Part shown: positions 26,885-39,883 of the stretch, piece after piece
Position numbering within the stretch: the stretch's first letter is position 1
Layout of the letters: every line of letters begins with the position of its first letter
Source: Octopus bimaculoides
Taxonomy: Eukaryota
NCBI RefSeq assembly: GCF_001194135.2
Contig: NC_068981.1
Coordinates: 175,020,887-175,084,886, forward strand
Direction of reading: 5' to 3'
Length of the DNA: 64,000 nucleotides
Program-made: the position numbers and the translations under genes
Notes under the pieces: model-generated
Database searches by the model: none
Told to the model about the DNA's origin: nothing
The model's input: only the letters and a program-made list of their open reading frames with translations

Positions 26885-27199
26885 AACTTTCAAAATACAT
26901 GGACCTGGAAATAGAGGTAACTCGAATGTGGAATCTAAAAACAGAAACAATTCCTATCATAGTAGGAGCCTTAGGTATGATAAAAAATATTCAGACAAAT
27001 ACATAACAAAAACACCAGGACTTACAAATATATATAACATACAGAAAATTACACTACTTTGCACTGCACACATCCTACACAAAACACTTTCAATACAGTA
27101 ACCATAAGAGCATCACAGCAAACCACAGCACATACCCAAGGCACACAGAGCTGCGCTCGGTAGTGAAGTGAAAGCACGTTATAAAAATAAAACTACTGA
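26884..27199 (+). mobile_element. R4/Dong-like RLE LINE 3' end (copy D) with (AAC)n(AAT)n tail
   Basis: KLSKYMDLEIEVTRMWNLKTETIPIIVGALGMIK / YSDKYITKTPGLTNIYNIQKITLLCTAHILHKTLSIQ*. The 3' UTR is near-identical to 44880-44975. Confidence 0.9.
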
Positions 27200-27355
<156 letters not shown>

Positions 27356-27360
27356 ATAAA

Positions 27361-27470
27361 AATCTTCCTCCTGCTTACTGGTATGCACATCATCATGAGC
27401 CAGTCGTTGAAGGTAAAACTGTAATTATCCTCCGTGATTTTCCAATCAACACCGACAGAATGATCTCTAC
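27361..27470 (+). mobile_element. R4/Dong-like LINE internal fragment (just upstream of the RLE PD motif)
   Basis: NLPPAYWYAHHHEPVVEGKTVIILRDFPINTDRMI resembles the WY.H.P..VVE....ILWDF.I.TDR.I motif. Confidence 0.7.
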
Positions 27471-28150
27471 ACTAGCTGTGTTAACTTAAGTGTTATGAAT
27501 AAAACTAAAAATTTATAATACAAGAGCTTCGAAAATCTTTTAAAATATCATACTTACGAAACATCTGAAAACATTTTTGTAAGTTTGAGAAATTAAAATA
27601 TTTTTTCGCCACTACAATAGTTTATATCAAAAGTTGCTGACGTTTCCTCGTTTCAAGTTAGTTTGATTAACAAAATTATTTATAAAATTCATGTGATGTG
27701 TAGATCTCTTTTGGAAACAAACAAAATTATTTCAGATTTTAATGTTAGAATCTCTGCATTATTTCAGTTATTACAATCAGTATCTTTCTTCAACGCTAAT
27801 AGAGAGTAGTCATATCATCTTGGCCTAATTGAAAATTATTAAAGATTTTCTCATGTAGTTATGTCTTATTCAGTTTACAGAATTTCACTGATGAAACTAA
27901 TTTTACGAGAATTTTCTTTAGTTTTCCTTTATCTATAATCACCATTCATAAACCTGTTTCATACCAAGATGATGCCAAGCATACGTCTTATATTCAGGGA
28001 TATACTATTATCTTCTTGAGAATGACAGATGCTATGCAATTAAATCGAAGTAACGCAGCTGTCTAGTAGATTAGACGAGCATAAGTGAAATGTTATTTGT
28101 ATCTCAATGAAATGTCTGAGATCGATGACTGAAGCTAAAAGTAAACATAC

Positions 28151-28370
28151 CAAGTGGGAATTTATTAAAAATTTAACACATTCCTTCTTGGTGATGCAGT
28201 GTTGTTTAAATATCTTGCATAGCTTCCCGATTCTTTGTCGTAATATTAAATGACTCTCCCACCACCCTTTATTCCCTTTGACACGTGGTAGCCACGTTAT
28301 AGCAGTGTAATTTCCGACTGAATCATACTGTCCTACCCATGCTCCATCCCGCAGGACAACTGAATCTTTG
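28151..28370 (-). CDS. candidate coding exon of an unidentified gene (73 codons)
   Basis: Open frame KDSVVLRDGAWVGQYDSVGNYTAITWLPRVKGNKGWWESHLILRQRIGKLCKIFKQHCITKKECVKFLINSHL bounded by TTAG| and TTG|GTATGT. No family recognised; it could be chance. Confidence 0.25.
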
Positions 28371-29415
28371 CTAAGACTTCAGCTTAAATGTGACTGAAGT
28401 TTTTGTCCACAATATACACAGAGTACTGCAATTCACATTCATTTAAGAAAAGCACCGTTGCTGTGTCCGTAGTAAGGTTTCCAAGCAATGGACATAAGAG
28501 TTTGCTCTCGCCAATGTTTACCATCAAAAGCTAAGGAAAAGTTGAAGAACGAAAGCAACTTATAAAATGTAATCAATAATGTGTCTCCCTCGTCTCCCTC
28601 GTCTCCACGGAATCAAATAAAAACAATCATAGCAATATCTGAAATAAAAGATTAAAAATTTCCTCTGTTCAATTTAAACCCAAATTAGAATGTATGTATT
28701 AATTTTAAGAGCAGGCTAGATACTGCAAGAAGCCGCAATAACAAGAAAGTTTGTTGGTATAATTCGTAATAATTTTTTTTGTGATGCGTCTGTTATTAAT
28801 GCAATAAGGTGGCCCTTTTAGTTTTATACTTTTACATTCATCAAAATACTTCCAACAGTGAAAATATATTCAAAATGTAACTCCATCTCAGTAATACGGC
28901 TATATCAATGTATGTGTATGTATGTTTATTGGTAGGTACAAATGTGTGCACAGTCACACATATACACATATACATACATGCGCAAACACAATCACACATT
29001 CACATAACCCTGCCACCTCCATACAATGAATTTATCCCGTGCATATTTACATATAAAACAAAATGCAATAAATACGCCTATACATGTTTGCAGCAGAGCA
29101 GCAGCGGCACTCTTAGACTGTGTATGTGCGTATATATGAAAGTGCACATGCGCACACATATGCTCGCACACACACACACACACACACAGAGTCGTGAAGA
29201 AAAGATAGTGTGTAACGTGATGTATGACATTACAGATAGTTTGAATGTTGCCCTTAAAAAGACATAGTAACGCATTAATACACTATCTGTATGTAGAGAT
29301 GAGTTCGATCTTACTGTTTGCAATTGGTCCGAACTGGTCGATGATATGAAATTCCTGTGACACGTAAATCAAACCGTTTTTTCCTCGTAACTAAATTTGA
29401 TGACGCTATCCACAA

Positions 29416-29416
<1 letters not shown>

Positions 29417-29492
<76 letters not shown>
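29417..29492. repeat. (CA)n microsatellite
   Basis: Direct reading. Confidence 0.95.
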
Positions 29493-29499
<7 letters not shown>

Positions 29500-30180
29500 C
29501 ATAGATTCGCACGCGCTCATACTTACATAAATACATACATAAGTGCGTGTGAAAATACGTCGCCTTAAAACCATATTCCGAATACAAATGCAGCAATAGA
29601 TAATAGCTGGATATTTGGAGTAAAAGAAATATGGGAATGAATAATGTTTGAATACCACCTTAATAACTCGAACCAATGTAGCCTAGAGTGTTGTGTTTGT
29701 ATATGTGTGTGAATGATTTTGGTCTGGGCACCAATGAGATCGTTGCTGAGAAGGTTTTGCCGTAAGCTGAGAGCTGCAGGAATTACATGTGCAGGAGGCA
29801 TATTCCACTTAGCCGATAATCCGGGATCAAAGGACAGATGTAATGATTAGTGCAGCACCTTGTGTATTGAGCAGAATATAGAATGATGAGGGAAGAAAAT
29901 AGGAGTGTTTTGAAAGTGCATGATTGCAGGTGACACGAAGACAGCCAGTATTAGATGTAATATAGGTAAACAATAGGCGCGTGATGTGCGTCTTGAAACC
30001 AATCTGTCGAGAAACCTTTATTTGTATCTGTAAAGCAATAATATCCTTCCATATTTGGATCACATTTGAGCTTCGTATATGGTTAGTGATTTTTAAGAGT
30101 TTCAAGGATTTTTAGCATGGACGGGGAATACCAATGCTTGCGAGGCAATCTCTGCTATACTGAGGAAATGTCTTCACCAG

Positions 30181-30186
30181 GAGAGG

Positions 30187-30259
<73 letters not shown>
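30181..30259. repeat. (AG)n microsatellite
   Basis: Direct reading. Confidence 0.95.
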
Positions 30260-30260
<1 letters not shown>

Positions 30261-30289
30261 CAATCATTATAAAACACTGAATAATCAGT

Positions 30290-30505
30290 GGTTTACCAGT
30301 GCTTGTGTTTTACCCCTTGCTCCTCGCTTGACAACCTATGTTGGTTTGTTTACGTTCGTGAAACCTAGCAGTTCGGAAAAAGAGACAGAACAAAGTAACC
30401 AGATTAAAACAAAAAACATATTCTGGTGTCTATTTGTTTAGCTAAACCCTTTAAGGCTGTGCCCCAGCATGGCCGCAGTTCAATGACTGAAACAAGATAA
30501 CGATT
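30290..30505 (+). mobile_element. SINE 3' half (GGCGGTGCTCCAGCATGGCC-tail family)
   Basis: CGCTTGACAACC...GCAGTTCGGAAAAAGAGAC...AAGGCTGTGCCCCAGCATGGCCGCAGTTCAATGACTGAAACAAG. Confidence 0.75.
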
Positions 30506-30899
30506 AAGGATATACAACGATGTAAGCTTGTATTTGGATGTCTTTGCATAAGCCTGGTTTTATTGTTGTAATTGATGTGTTTTTTTTGTTGTTGTTACTT
30601 AGCCTAGGTAAACTTAGAGCAGACGTATGATTAAAGATGTTCGAGGTGTGGTAAATTTCTTCTTGCTTACATGTGTAGCATTTCATGTAATATTTCATCC
30701 AATAATTGTTTCTGTTTTTTCATCTTTTAAGATTACACGATAGCCTGCATGTCGTCATTTAATCTAGTAGAATTTGCTGCCAAATCTTTAATTTATTAGA
30801 AAATCGTAGAACACACCGTAAAATGTCCATATGCAATTCGTGGGAGAAGTATACGGTGGGAAAGCCTTAATATTGCTGTAAATTCTCACTAAGTGCTCG

Positions 30900-31090
30900 T
30901 TTGCTGTGTCACTGAAAAAGGTCAAACGACCGGTCGTCTTTTGACAGGTTGACGAAGCAGTTCAGTGGAACTCTCCACTCTCATTATGACCAGGAATGTC
31001 TTGAAGAATGCCGGAAGATATGCTGGTCAAACTTTTCAATCTGTCATCTTGTATTGCTTCCCGGACAATTTAATTTCTTTCTTGAAGTTT
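30900..31090 (-). mobile_element. short mariner-like transposase remnant (HTH region)
   Basis: The minus strand gives IVREAIQDDRLKSLTSIS..ILQDIPG...CQK, resembling the V.E.I..DRR.S...IS..IL...LG mariner motif. Confidence 0.4.
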
Positions 31091-31473
31091 TAGATATTCA
31101 CTGCTTGTATGAAAACACATACCGAGAACATGGGCTTAATACATAATCTATATGTATATGTGTGTGAATAATATTTAACATGTATGTACGTAGATATGAA
31201 TATATGTGATACAGTCATATTTAGGGCATAAAACAGTTTTGATGGTGGAACTCGAAATTGATAAAGCTATGAAAAACGGTATGCAGATTAGGAAACCATT
31301 GGATGAGGAAAAAGTCAAATGCTGCTCACCCAAGACGATTTTCAACCCATTATTCTAGACACTGTTATTTATAGCTTCATCTGCTTCGAATTGCTCAGTT
31401 AAAACTAGTAATCCCATATGTGTCGAAATGTGAAAGATTTTCGACATATAATATGTATGGTATATATGTATGT

Positions 31474-31715
31474 CATTAATCAATTTTATTTTAAGATTTC
31501 TTGCTAATAAAGAAACAGCCGGTTTCTAACCTAGATCCAAAGCTCCTTTATTGGAATTTCAACAACACCAACAAGGTATTTTTGTATATATATATATGTG
31601 TGCAGATTTGTATGTTTTCTTTATGTATGTAGTCTCATGCAGCAAGTTGCATATCTATAGAGGCTCATATATACTTAAACGATAAACTTCTGCACAGTTT
31701 TACAGATTTTTACAG
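31474..31715 (-). mobile_element. RLE LINE 3' end of the (ACAT)n-associated group, 5'-truncated
   Basis: The reverse complement aligns with 61715-61970 (VKICKTVQKF* plus 3' UTR). The 5' junction fuses directly to (CATA)n and the 3' end runs into CATACATA. Confidence 0.8.
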
Positions 31716-32639
31716 TATGTATGTATGTATGTGTGTATGTATGTATGTATGTATGTATGTATGTATGTATGTATGTATGTATGTGTGTATGTGTGCGTAC
31801 GTATGTATGCATGTATGGTTGTTTGTATATGCCTATGTTTTTATATATGCATGTAGTGGTTTCTGTTTTTTTAATCTCTCTTTTGCTCTTTTACTTGTTT
31901 CAGTCANNNNNNNNNNNNNNNNNNNNNNNNNNNNNNNNNNNNNNNNNNNNNNNNNNNNNNNNNNNNNNNNNNNNNNNNNNNNNNNNNNNNNNNNNNNNNN
32001 NNNNNNNNNNNNNNNNNNNNNNNNNNNNNNNNNNNNNNNNNNNNNNNNNNNNNNNNNNNNNNNNNNNNNNNNNNNNNNNNNNNNNNNNNNNNNNNNNNNN
32101 NNNNNNNNNNNNNNNNNNNNNNNNNNNNNNNNNNNNNNNNNNNNNNNNNNNNNNNNNNNNNNNNNNNNNNNNNNNNNNNNNNNNNNNNNNNNNNNNNNNN
32201 NNNNNNNNNNNNNNNNNNNNNNNNNNNNNNNNNNNNNNNNNNNNNNNNNNNNNNNNNNNNNNNNNNNNNNNNNNNNNNNNNNNNNNNNNNNNNNNNNNNN
32301 NNNNNNNNNNNNNNNNNNNNNNNNNNNNNNNNNNNNNNNNNNNNNNNNNNNNNNNNNNNNNNNNNNNNNNNNNNNNNNNNNNNNNNNNNNNNNNNNNNNN
32401 NNNNNNNNNNNNNNNNNNNNNNNNNNNNNNNNNNNNNNNNNNNNNNNNNNNNNNNNNNNNNNNNNNNNNNNNNNNNNNNNNNNNNNNNNNNNNNNNNNNN
32501 NNNNNNNNNNNNNNNNNNNNNNNNNNNNNNNNNNNNNNNNNNNNNNNNNNNNNNNNNNNNNNNNNNNNNNNNNNNNNNNNNNNNNNNNNNNNNNNNNNNN
32601 NNNNNNNNNNNNNNNNNNNNNNNNNNNNNNNTATATATA

Positions 32640-32812
32640 TACATATATACGACGGGCTTCTTTCAGTTTCCGTCTACCAAATCCACTTACAAGGCTTTGG
32701 TCGGCCCGCGGCTACAGTAGAAGACACTTGCCCAAGGTGCCACGCAGTGGGACTGAACCTAGAACCATGTGGTTGGCAAGCAAGCTACTTACCACACAGC
32801 CACTCCTGCGCC
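32640..32812 (-). mobile_element. tRNA-derived SINE 5' half (GGCGCAGGAGTGGCTGTGTGGTAAGTAGC family)
   Basis: Near-identical to the heads at 45937 and 56617. Confidence 0.9.
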
Positions 32813-33876
32813 TAAAATCGGTAAAATATTTTTAAAAAGTGGCTTAAGTTTGATCTGTACTATGCTCGAAGATCTCGAGCTCCCCAGTCATATTTTTAAC
32901 TTTCTGTCGATTATAACGCGCGCGCGCGCACACACACACACACATACACACGCACACACACATACACATACACACACACATACACACACATGTACTGAAT
33001 CTTTTCGTCTCCGGTTTGTTCTTACAACTATTTGTGTGTGTGCGTGTGTGTGTGTGTCGGGGGGCGCGCGCGTGCGAATGTGTGTGCATTGCCTCTGTGT
33101 GTGTATGCGTGAATTATCGTATAGTTTATATTACTCGAGCTCGAGTACCGTGATATTCTAACCTTTTGATCTTAGTGTTAAATGCCTAATTAAAATCATA
33201 GAAAAATGAACAAAAAAAGGGCAGATTTCATGTTTTTTCCGTGATCAAAGTCGCTATATAAGGAAATCTAGACAAATAGAAAATAAATCTAAACTTAACA
33301 TCTTTGAGCATAAATCCACTTCAAACTAAAAAACCAACAAAATAAAGAAAAAACAAAAACAAGGAAAATAAAAAAGACCTACGAGTTTGTTTAATATATA
33401 ATTTATACCTGATATGAAGCAAACTTATTCTAACGTGATATTTTGCTTTGATTACATCAATATACCACAACTTTTTTCTCTTTGTCATGCAATCAAGATG
33501 AAATCAATATTTCCTAGGGCTCCTCATGTTGTTTTGTTTTTAATGTAAAATCACTTAAAAATATGAAAATTTAGGAAAAAAGACTATTGCTTAACTTGCT
33601 TTATTAAAATTTTGTGTTTTACGAAACTATGAATTAAACCTCTTCCAAGCATAAATATAATTTTTGTGAAACGTTTTTTTTTAAAGCCACGGTGCACTAG
33701 TTTGTCGTAGTGTAACTATGCGTCACATCGCATTGCATCGTTTGGGTAAACAACAGACTATTGTGCAATAAAACAATTTTAAAATGTTTAATAGACAAAT
33801 TATGTTCTTTTCTTTATTGTGGTGTGATTTTATTTCTGAAATATCGACGCATAATATAGCATTTATCTATCTATCC

Positions 33877-33913
<37 letters not shown>

Positions 33914-33952
33914 CCAGTTGGCTTGTCTGTCAGTCTCTGTCGTCTGTGTGTC

Positions 33953-34014
<62 letters not shown>

Positions 34015-34017
<3 letters not shown>

Positions 34018-34200
34018 TTCGCCATGACAGATCGCTAACCACTACACACATTTTTTTCCCTCTTTCTTTCTCTCCGTGTTTCTTTCTGTGTTCCTTTCTG
34101 TGGAAGAGCGTAGGCTCGAAACGTTAAAAACTTTTTCAATTCTCGAACGTTATACTAATACATCTGTTTGTTTTCTACACCACCTGCCTTCGTCTTTTGT
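34015..34200 (+). mobile_element. Penelope-type terminal-repeat-like short element between microsatellites
   Basis: Contains CTGTGGAAGAGCGTAGGCTCGAAACGTTAAA, a PLE pLTR or hammerhead-like signature. Confidence 0.5.
34095..34128 (+). ncRNA. hammerhead-like motif with non-canonical core (A6 replaced by U)
   Basis: TTT-CTGTGGA-A-GAGC(GTAG)GCTC-GAAA-C-GTT-AAA. Confidence 0.4.
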
Positions 34201-34204
34201 TTTT

Positions 34205-34247
<43 letters not shown>

Positions 34248-34439
34248 GATTAACAAAGCTATATTTGTTCAAATCTACTCTCTTAGAACATAATGTGGGC
34301 ATGAGAATTTGCGAAACGTACATTATGAGAGACATAAGATGCTTTCTTGTAGCTATTTATACATATTCTCTCCACGTGCAACCACATTCAGATTTCTTTT
34401 TTACAATTGTATATTATATTTCTCCGGCAGATATGAGTT

Positions 34440-35455
34440 GCATACTTTAGATTTGTTGAAATATGAACTTGCAATTTCTACAATGGCATGTGCCCATTGC
34501 GCTGGACGACTACATTTATTTAGATGTCTAGGAACTTTCCTAGAAACAGACCGATATTTAGTACTAGTAGGAAATTGGAATAGTATTTGGGACGCACCAT
34601 GAGATTGTGGAAGGGGCAATCCCATGGTGAGGATGCAAAAGCCTTGTAAATATGCTCTGACGTTTCAAAGTGTCTGGTAGTACCGATTTCTCGAATGTGC
34701 CAAATGTAGACTTAGAGTTCTTCCATGTCGTATTTAGAAAAATTAATCGGTAGGTTAACTGACAATGATATATGTGGGCGTCCAGAATAGAAACTGGTCG
34801 GCTACACAGATTACAATTTTATGTTATTCATGGTTGCTTTAGATAGGAACCCGGCTGTTAGAAGTTGAACGTATCTTTCCCGGTGCCAAAAACTACAGTA
34901 AACGGATTAGGGTGCTAGATTAGAGGCATTTGACAGAATCAGTGGTCAATAATAGGTGGCGGTGATACTTGAAGAGGACATTTAAATATGAATCAATAGC
35001 ATAGAGTAAAGAACAAATGATGAACAGAAATAAATTAGATTAGAGGAAGATCTAATTAGTAAACTAGAAGAGGTAATTAGATGACTACAGATAATTATGG
35101 AATTTAGTACCTACCACGACGGCCTGACACAACTCAAGGAAAAAGAGGCTTTGCACTGTGAAACTGAGATGCGAGAAATACTGAGTTGTTGCTCAAGGGG
35201 AAAATCTCTGTTTGGATAGTTTGCCCTATGAGTTTTGTGGATATATGCCAGAGCGGTTTGATAACCTCTTGGTAAACATCGATCACAACTGTCAGCAAAG
35301 CAAGAGAATCCTGGTCTGTGGGCCGAGAAGTGTTAACTTTGCTGCGAAAGAATACTAATACAAGAGATATTATGAACAATTTCTTCCCTTCACACTGCTA
35401 AATGCAGATTTGGCCAAGGTGTTAGCAAACAGACTTGCGCTTGTTGTATTTTTCT
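34440..35455 (+). mobile_element. L1/Tx1-clade LINE remnant (APE plus start of RT), heavily decayed
   Basis: LETDRYLVLVGNWNSIWD (GDWN-type APE motif). At about 35150-35455: GKS..LDSLPYEF..MP...VLTLLRK....NNF.P.TLLNAD..LAKVLANRLALV. Confidence 0.75.
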
Positions 35456-35509
35456 TTATTGTGTGTTTTTGGTAGTTACTGGTAGTGAAGCTTTGATTTT
35501 AATTTGTCA

Positions 35510-35518
35510 ATTTCTTCT

Positions 35519-35565
<47 letters not shown>

Positions 35566-35659
35566 TTCTTCTTCTTCTTCTTCTTCTTCTTCTTCTTCTT
35601 CTTCTTCTTCTTCTTCTTCTTCTTCTTCTTCTTCTTCTTCTTCTTCTTCTTCTTCTTCT

Positions 35660-35697
<38 letters not shown>
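35510..35697. repeat. (TTC)n then (GTC)n compound microsatellite
   Basis: Direct reading. Confidence 0.95.
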
Positions 35698-35698
<1 letters not shown>

Positions 35699-36099
35699 TG
35701 GAATCACTCGCAATTATTTATTATTGTTATTCTCAGAATTCATTGGACTTAATTCTAGAATAACCTCACACAGGCGGTGCCAGTGTTTACAAAGAGCGAC
35801 AATATTTATGCTTGTATGACAGTAAGTAACTATGTCCAAGTCAAAATGAAATGCCAGAAAACAGTAGAGTGGTGAAAGACAAAAACGAAGGCTAAAAGCC
35901 TGTGAATGAAATAAAAAGAGTAAACCAAACAATAAATAAGAAATAAACGGAAAAAGAAAGAATTTGATTACATATTTGGAAATGTCAGATATAATTTCAT
36001 GGTCAAATTCAGATTAATCATACAATTCTTTCTTTATTTACATATGGTTTTAACGCTGCAGATGAACCATGTACATACATACATACATACATACATACA

Positions 36100-36156
<57 letters not shown>

Positions 36157-36928
36157 NNNNNNNNNNNNNNCCCCCCCCCCCCCCACACACACACTCATAT
36201 AACCTTGCATGCTCCGATCCACGTGGTGTGTGTGGGCGTATGTTTGCGTTTGTATATATCAGCTAATGTTGCTGCGAACCTGTGCGCTGTGTATTTTTGA
36301 AATTTGAACTAATATTTATATGAATGGGTTTTCTATTTGTAAGCACACAATTGAAATCTGCTTATCAAATGCTGTTTATGTATACAGATGTATATATGTG
36401 TGTAAGTGAGTGTGTATGTGTTTGTGTGTATAAGTGAGTGACTATGTGTGAGTGCGCGCACGTGAGAGTGTGTGTATGCATATATGTACGTATGCCTATA
36501 CCAATCACTCGACATAGGAAATAACTTAGTATCAGCACGTACCATGGTTTCGTTAATGGCTTTATGTACCAATTTGGTTATCAACAAAGACAGAGACATG
36601 ATTGCCATCTCAATTCTGAACCGGAAGATGTGCCCCCTGGAAATTGGCCAGTGGGTACGTTCTTTATCACGCAGAAAATGACGACAAGCAGAGACTTCTC
36701 CCGAATCATCATGGTATATATANNNNNNNNNNNNNNNNNNNNNNNNNNNNNNNNNNNNNNNNNNNNNNNNNNNNNNNNNNNNNNNNNNNNNNNNNNNNNN
36801 NNNNNNNNNNNNNNNNNNNNNNNNNNNNNNNNNNNNNNNNNNNNNNNNNNNNNNNNNNNNNNNNNNNNNNNNNNNNNNNNNNNNNNNNNNNNNNNNNNNN
36901 NNNNNNNNNNNNNNNNNNNNNNNNNNNN

Positions 36929-36964
<36 letters not shown>

Positions 36965-38180
36965 TTTTGAAATATATAATGGTAACTATAATGCTTAAAA
37001 TGCATACATATATTTCGGTGTAAGTATTTATTGTGACTTCGTTTCAAATAGATACATCTTATGCCTGTATATTTACCGGAATAGCTTGTCTCTACCAACT
37101 CCTGCATACATATATATTAATGCTGATCTGTATGAATGCATAAATCTAATCTGTATATATTTCTATTTGTTAGCAAATGTCCGTGTGCTACCATGTGTAT
37201 ATGCGTGTGCGCACATTTATTTAAATAACTATCAGTTCCTTAGTACATATTTATCAAATCGATCTTTCTATTCATAAGGATTGTCAAATCCTTCAAAATG
37301 ATAAAGAAAGAGGAACTAATGCTATTAAATTTTCTTATACTTTTACATTAGTAAACTGTTGTTCAAAAATGGAATAACACTATATTATATGTCAAACTGC
37401 CAAGGAAGAAAACATTTGTATAGTTTGAGAAATTAGTGAGATGATTATCCAGTGGAAATTCTTGACGCCTCTTCTTCGTACAATTTATCGATTTTAACAA
37501 TTTATAACTATATATTCTGTCTAAATATCTGACATGAGTTCATATGCATACGATTATAAACTGTTGGGGAATATTAATAAAATAATCTTTAAAGATGAAA
37601 AATATTCCAACATTTCCATCTACATTTTGATTCGATTGTGGTTTATTTTCGAGATTCATCAGGTTGTTATTTCGAGATGTGTGCATGGCTGTGAACTGGA
37701 TTCGAACTCATAAAAATGATACCCAATGACATTTGAAGACCAACGATACGTACAAAGTGGATAAAAATATTAAAACATTTTATCTCTAACAATGAAATAA
37801 TCAGTTCGAAAAATATTACTAGAATTTCCTACGAAACAGTTGATGGTGATATATAATTGTATAAAAATGATCGTTTTTTGAAACCTGGAACCTTTAACGT
37901 GATCAATTTCTAAATCCATGAGGCTCAAAGGAAGCACTATAAACCATTCAATACATCTTTAACTGCTACTTTCATTTCACGTTTCGTGGGTTTTAACAGG
38001 ACATATTTAAATATATTGAAAGCAAACACCATTCTGAATAGTTAGCAATTCTGCTCAATACCAGTTATTGATTTACGGATGTTTTACGGTTCCATTTTCG
38101 TTTATGTCTCAAACGTGTTTTGAAAGTAGCGCAAAACACTGAGCTATAGTATTTATATTATATTATGCATTTAGTATATG

Positions 38181-38217
<37 letters not shown>

Positions 38218-38629
38218 ACTAAGTTCGTTCACAGGAAACGCTTTGAATATGCATATAAAAGCTTCCATTCTATTATGTCGGCTATACCTTAATGATACCA
38301 ACTAGTGATACCAGATCTCTGGGGGTCGCACCGAGCTGTGCTAACATAATGTAAAATAAATATAGTAAAAATAATAATGATGATGATATTAATCCTTGGA
38401 TGGAATTTATCATCCCAGGAATACAGACTATGACCTTAAGAAACATGTGATTTGTGGAAACGCGTGTAGCCGTGCATTAAAATATTTATAAATTCCACCC
38501 AAGGATTATCATTATTACAGACTGCACATATTGGTGCAGTAACGCCTTTTCTATAATGTCTTTCATTAATGCTCTTATTCGCTGCCGGCAAATGATGGGC
38601 TTCAAGCAGAAAGTATGCTATCTTTGAGT

Positions 38630-39550
38630 TCTTGTTCAAAGAGAGTGCAGGGTGTGCGATATCCTCAAAAAGTTATAAGTTGTTTACGGATCTGACACCA
38701 CTGTCAACTGAAATGTGCAAGATGGATGAAGGAGTTTAAGGACTGTTGATCAAGTATTGACCACAAACTATGTAGTGGGAGGCATCAACTGCAATCACTG
38801 TCACGAATCGCCAGCGAGTGGACGAAGAGAGTATGAGTCGCAATCTGTGAGCTTCCTGTAGAAGCTGCCGTCACAATGTATTTCAGAAGATAGTAGAAGA
38901 CTTTGGGAGTTCAAAATTGGTAGCTTGGTAGCTGATACTCGATTTGAAGTAGGCAGGCGTGGAATTTTGCTCTGATCTGCAGGACGATCTTAAAGCCAAT
39001 GAAGACAAGTGTATTTTTTTCTATCTGGTAACAGAGATTGAAATGTGGGTGTATCTTTATGGCCAGAAAACTGGGGCTCAGTGCAAGGGAAAGCGTCACA
39101 CATTTTCTCCGGTGTTTAATAAATTCAAGAATTGGAAACTGCTTTGGAAATTACGATAAGGTTTTTATGAAAAGGGTTTAATTCTTGTTGATTTTCTGAA
39201 ACATAGCTTTACTGTAAACAGTGAGCAGTATACTGAGGTACTCAAAAGGGCTTACATAACCCATTAAGACAAAAAGAAATCGCTTATGTGTCTAAACTAT
39301 CTACATTCACAATGATAAAGCTTGATCAGATACATCTTTGGCAAGAAATCACATAATCGGAAAATTGGACTGGTCAGTACTCTTCAATCCATCCTAAATT
39401 TCGGGTTTGTAGCCTTTCCACTTCAACCACACCGTTGCAAAGAAGGATTGTCTTAATAGATACGGAAATGATGACACAGCCAGCGCAAAATGGTTGTGAA
39501 TAAGTACAACAGACTAGAAAGGTATTCGTCTGAAGATCAGAGAGTTATGT
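38630..39550 (+). mobile_element. mariner (DD34D-type) transposase remnant with many frameshifts and stops
   Basis: Recognisable order of motifs: W.KEFK, NRQRVD, VEFCSDL..ANED..F..LVT..E.WVYLY, KG.ILVDFL..TVNSE.Y.E.LK, HND, KLDW.VL..P. Confidence 0.75.
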
Positions 39551-39781
39551 TTAGTGATGACACATATACATCACTTGTGACAGAGATTATGTGTGAATTG
39601 TACCTTTATATTAAAGAAGGGTTGCTCTATGACACGAACAGTTGAAACCACATGTATCAATTAATAAAATGTTATATATTACATTCGGTATAACTCTCCT
39701 CTGTTTGTGTGTGCGTGTGTTTGTGTGTGTATGTCCAAATATATGTACATGTACAGATACACACACACTCACAAACATATA

Positions 39782-39883
<102 letters not shown>

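Noticed and set aside
29880-30110. Possible CR1/Nimb RT remnant (IAGDTK ... NNI ... FEL.R)
   Set aside because: Only scattered motif fragments in different frames; too weak to call without an alignment.
33130-33705. Possible Helitron (ends ...GGTGCACTAGT)
   Set aside because: No convincing subterminal GC hairpin and no second copy in the window.
34290-34330. CATAATG...GCGAAACGTACATTATG hairpin resembling a hammerhead
   Set aside because: The CUGANGA core is absent; at best a fully decayed motif.
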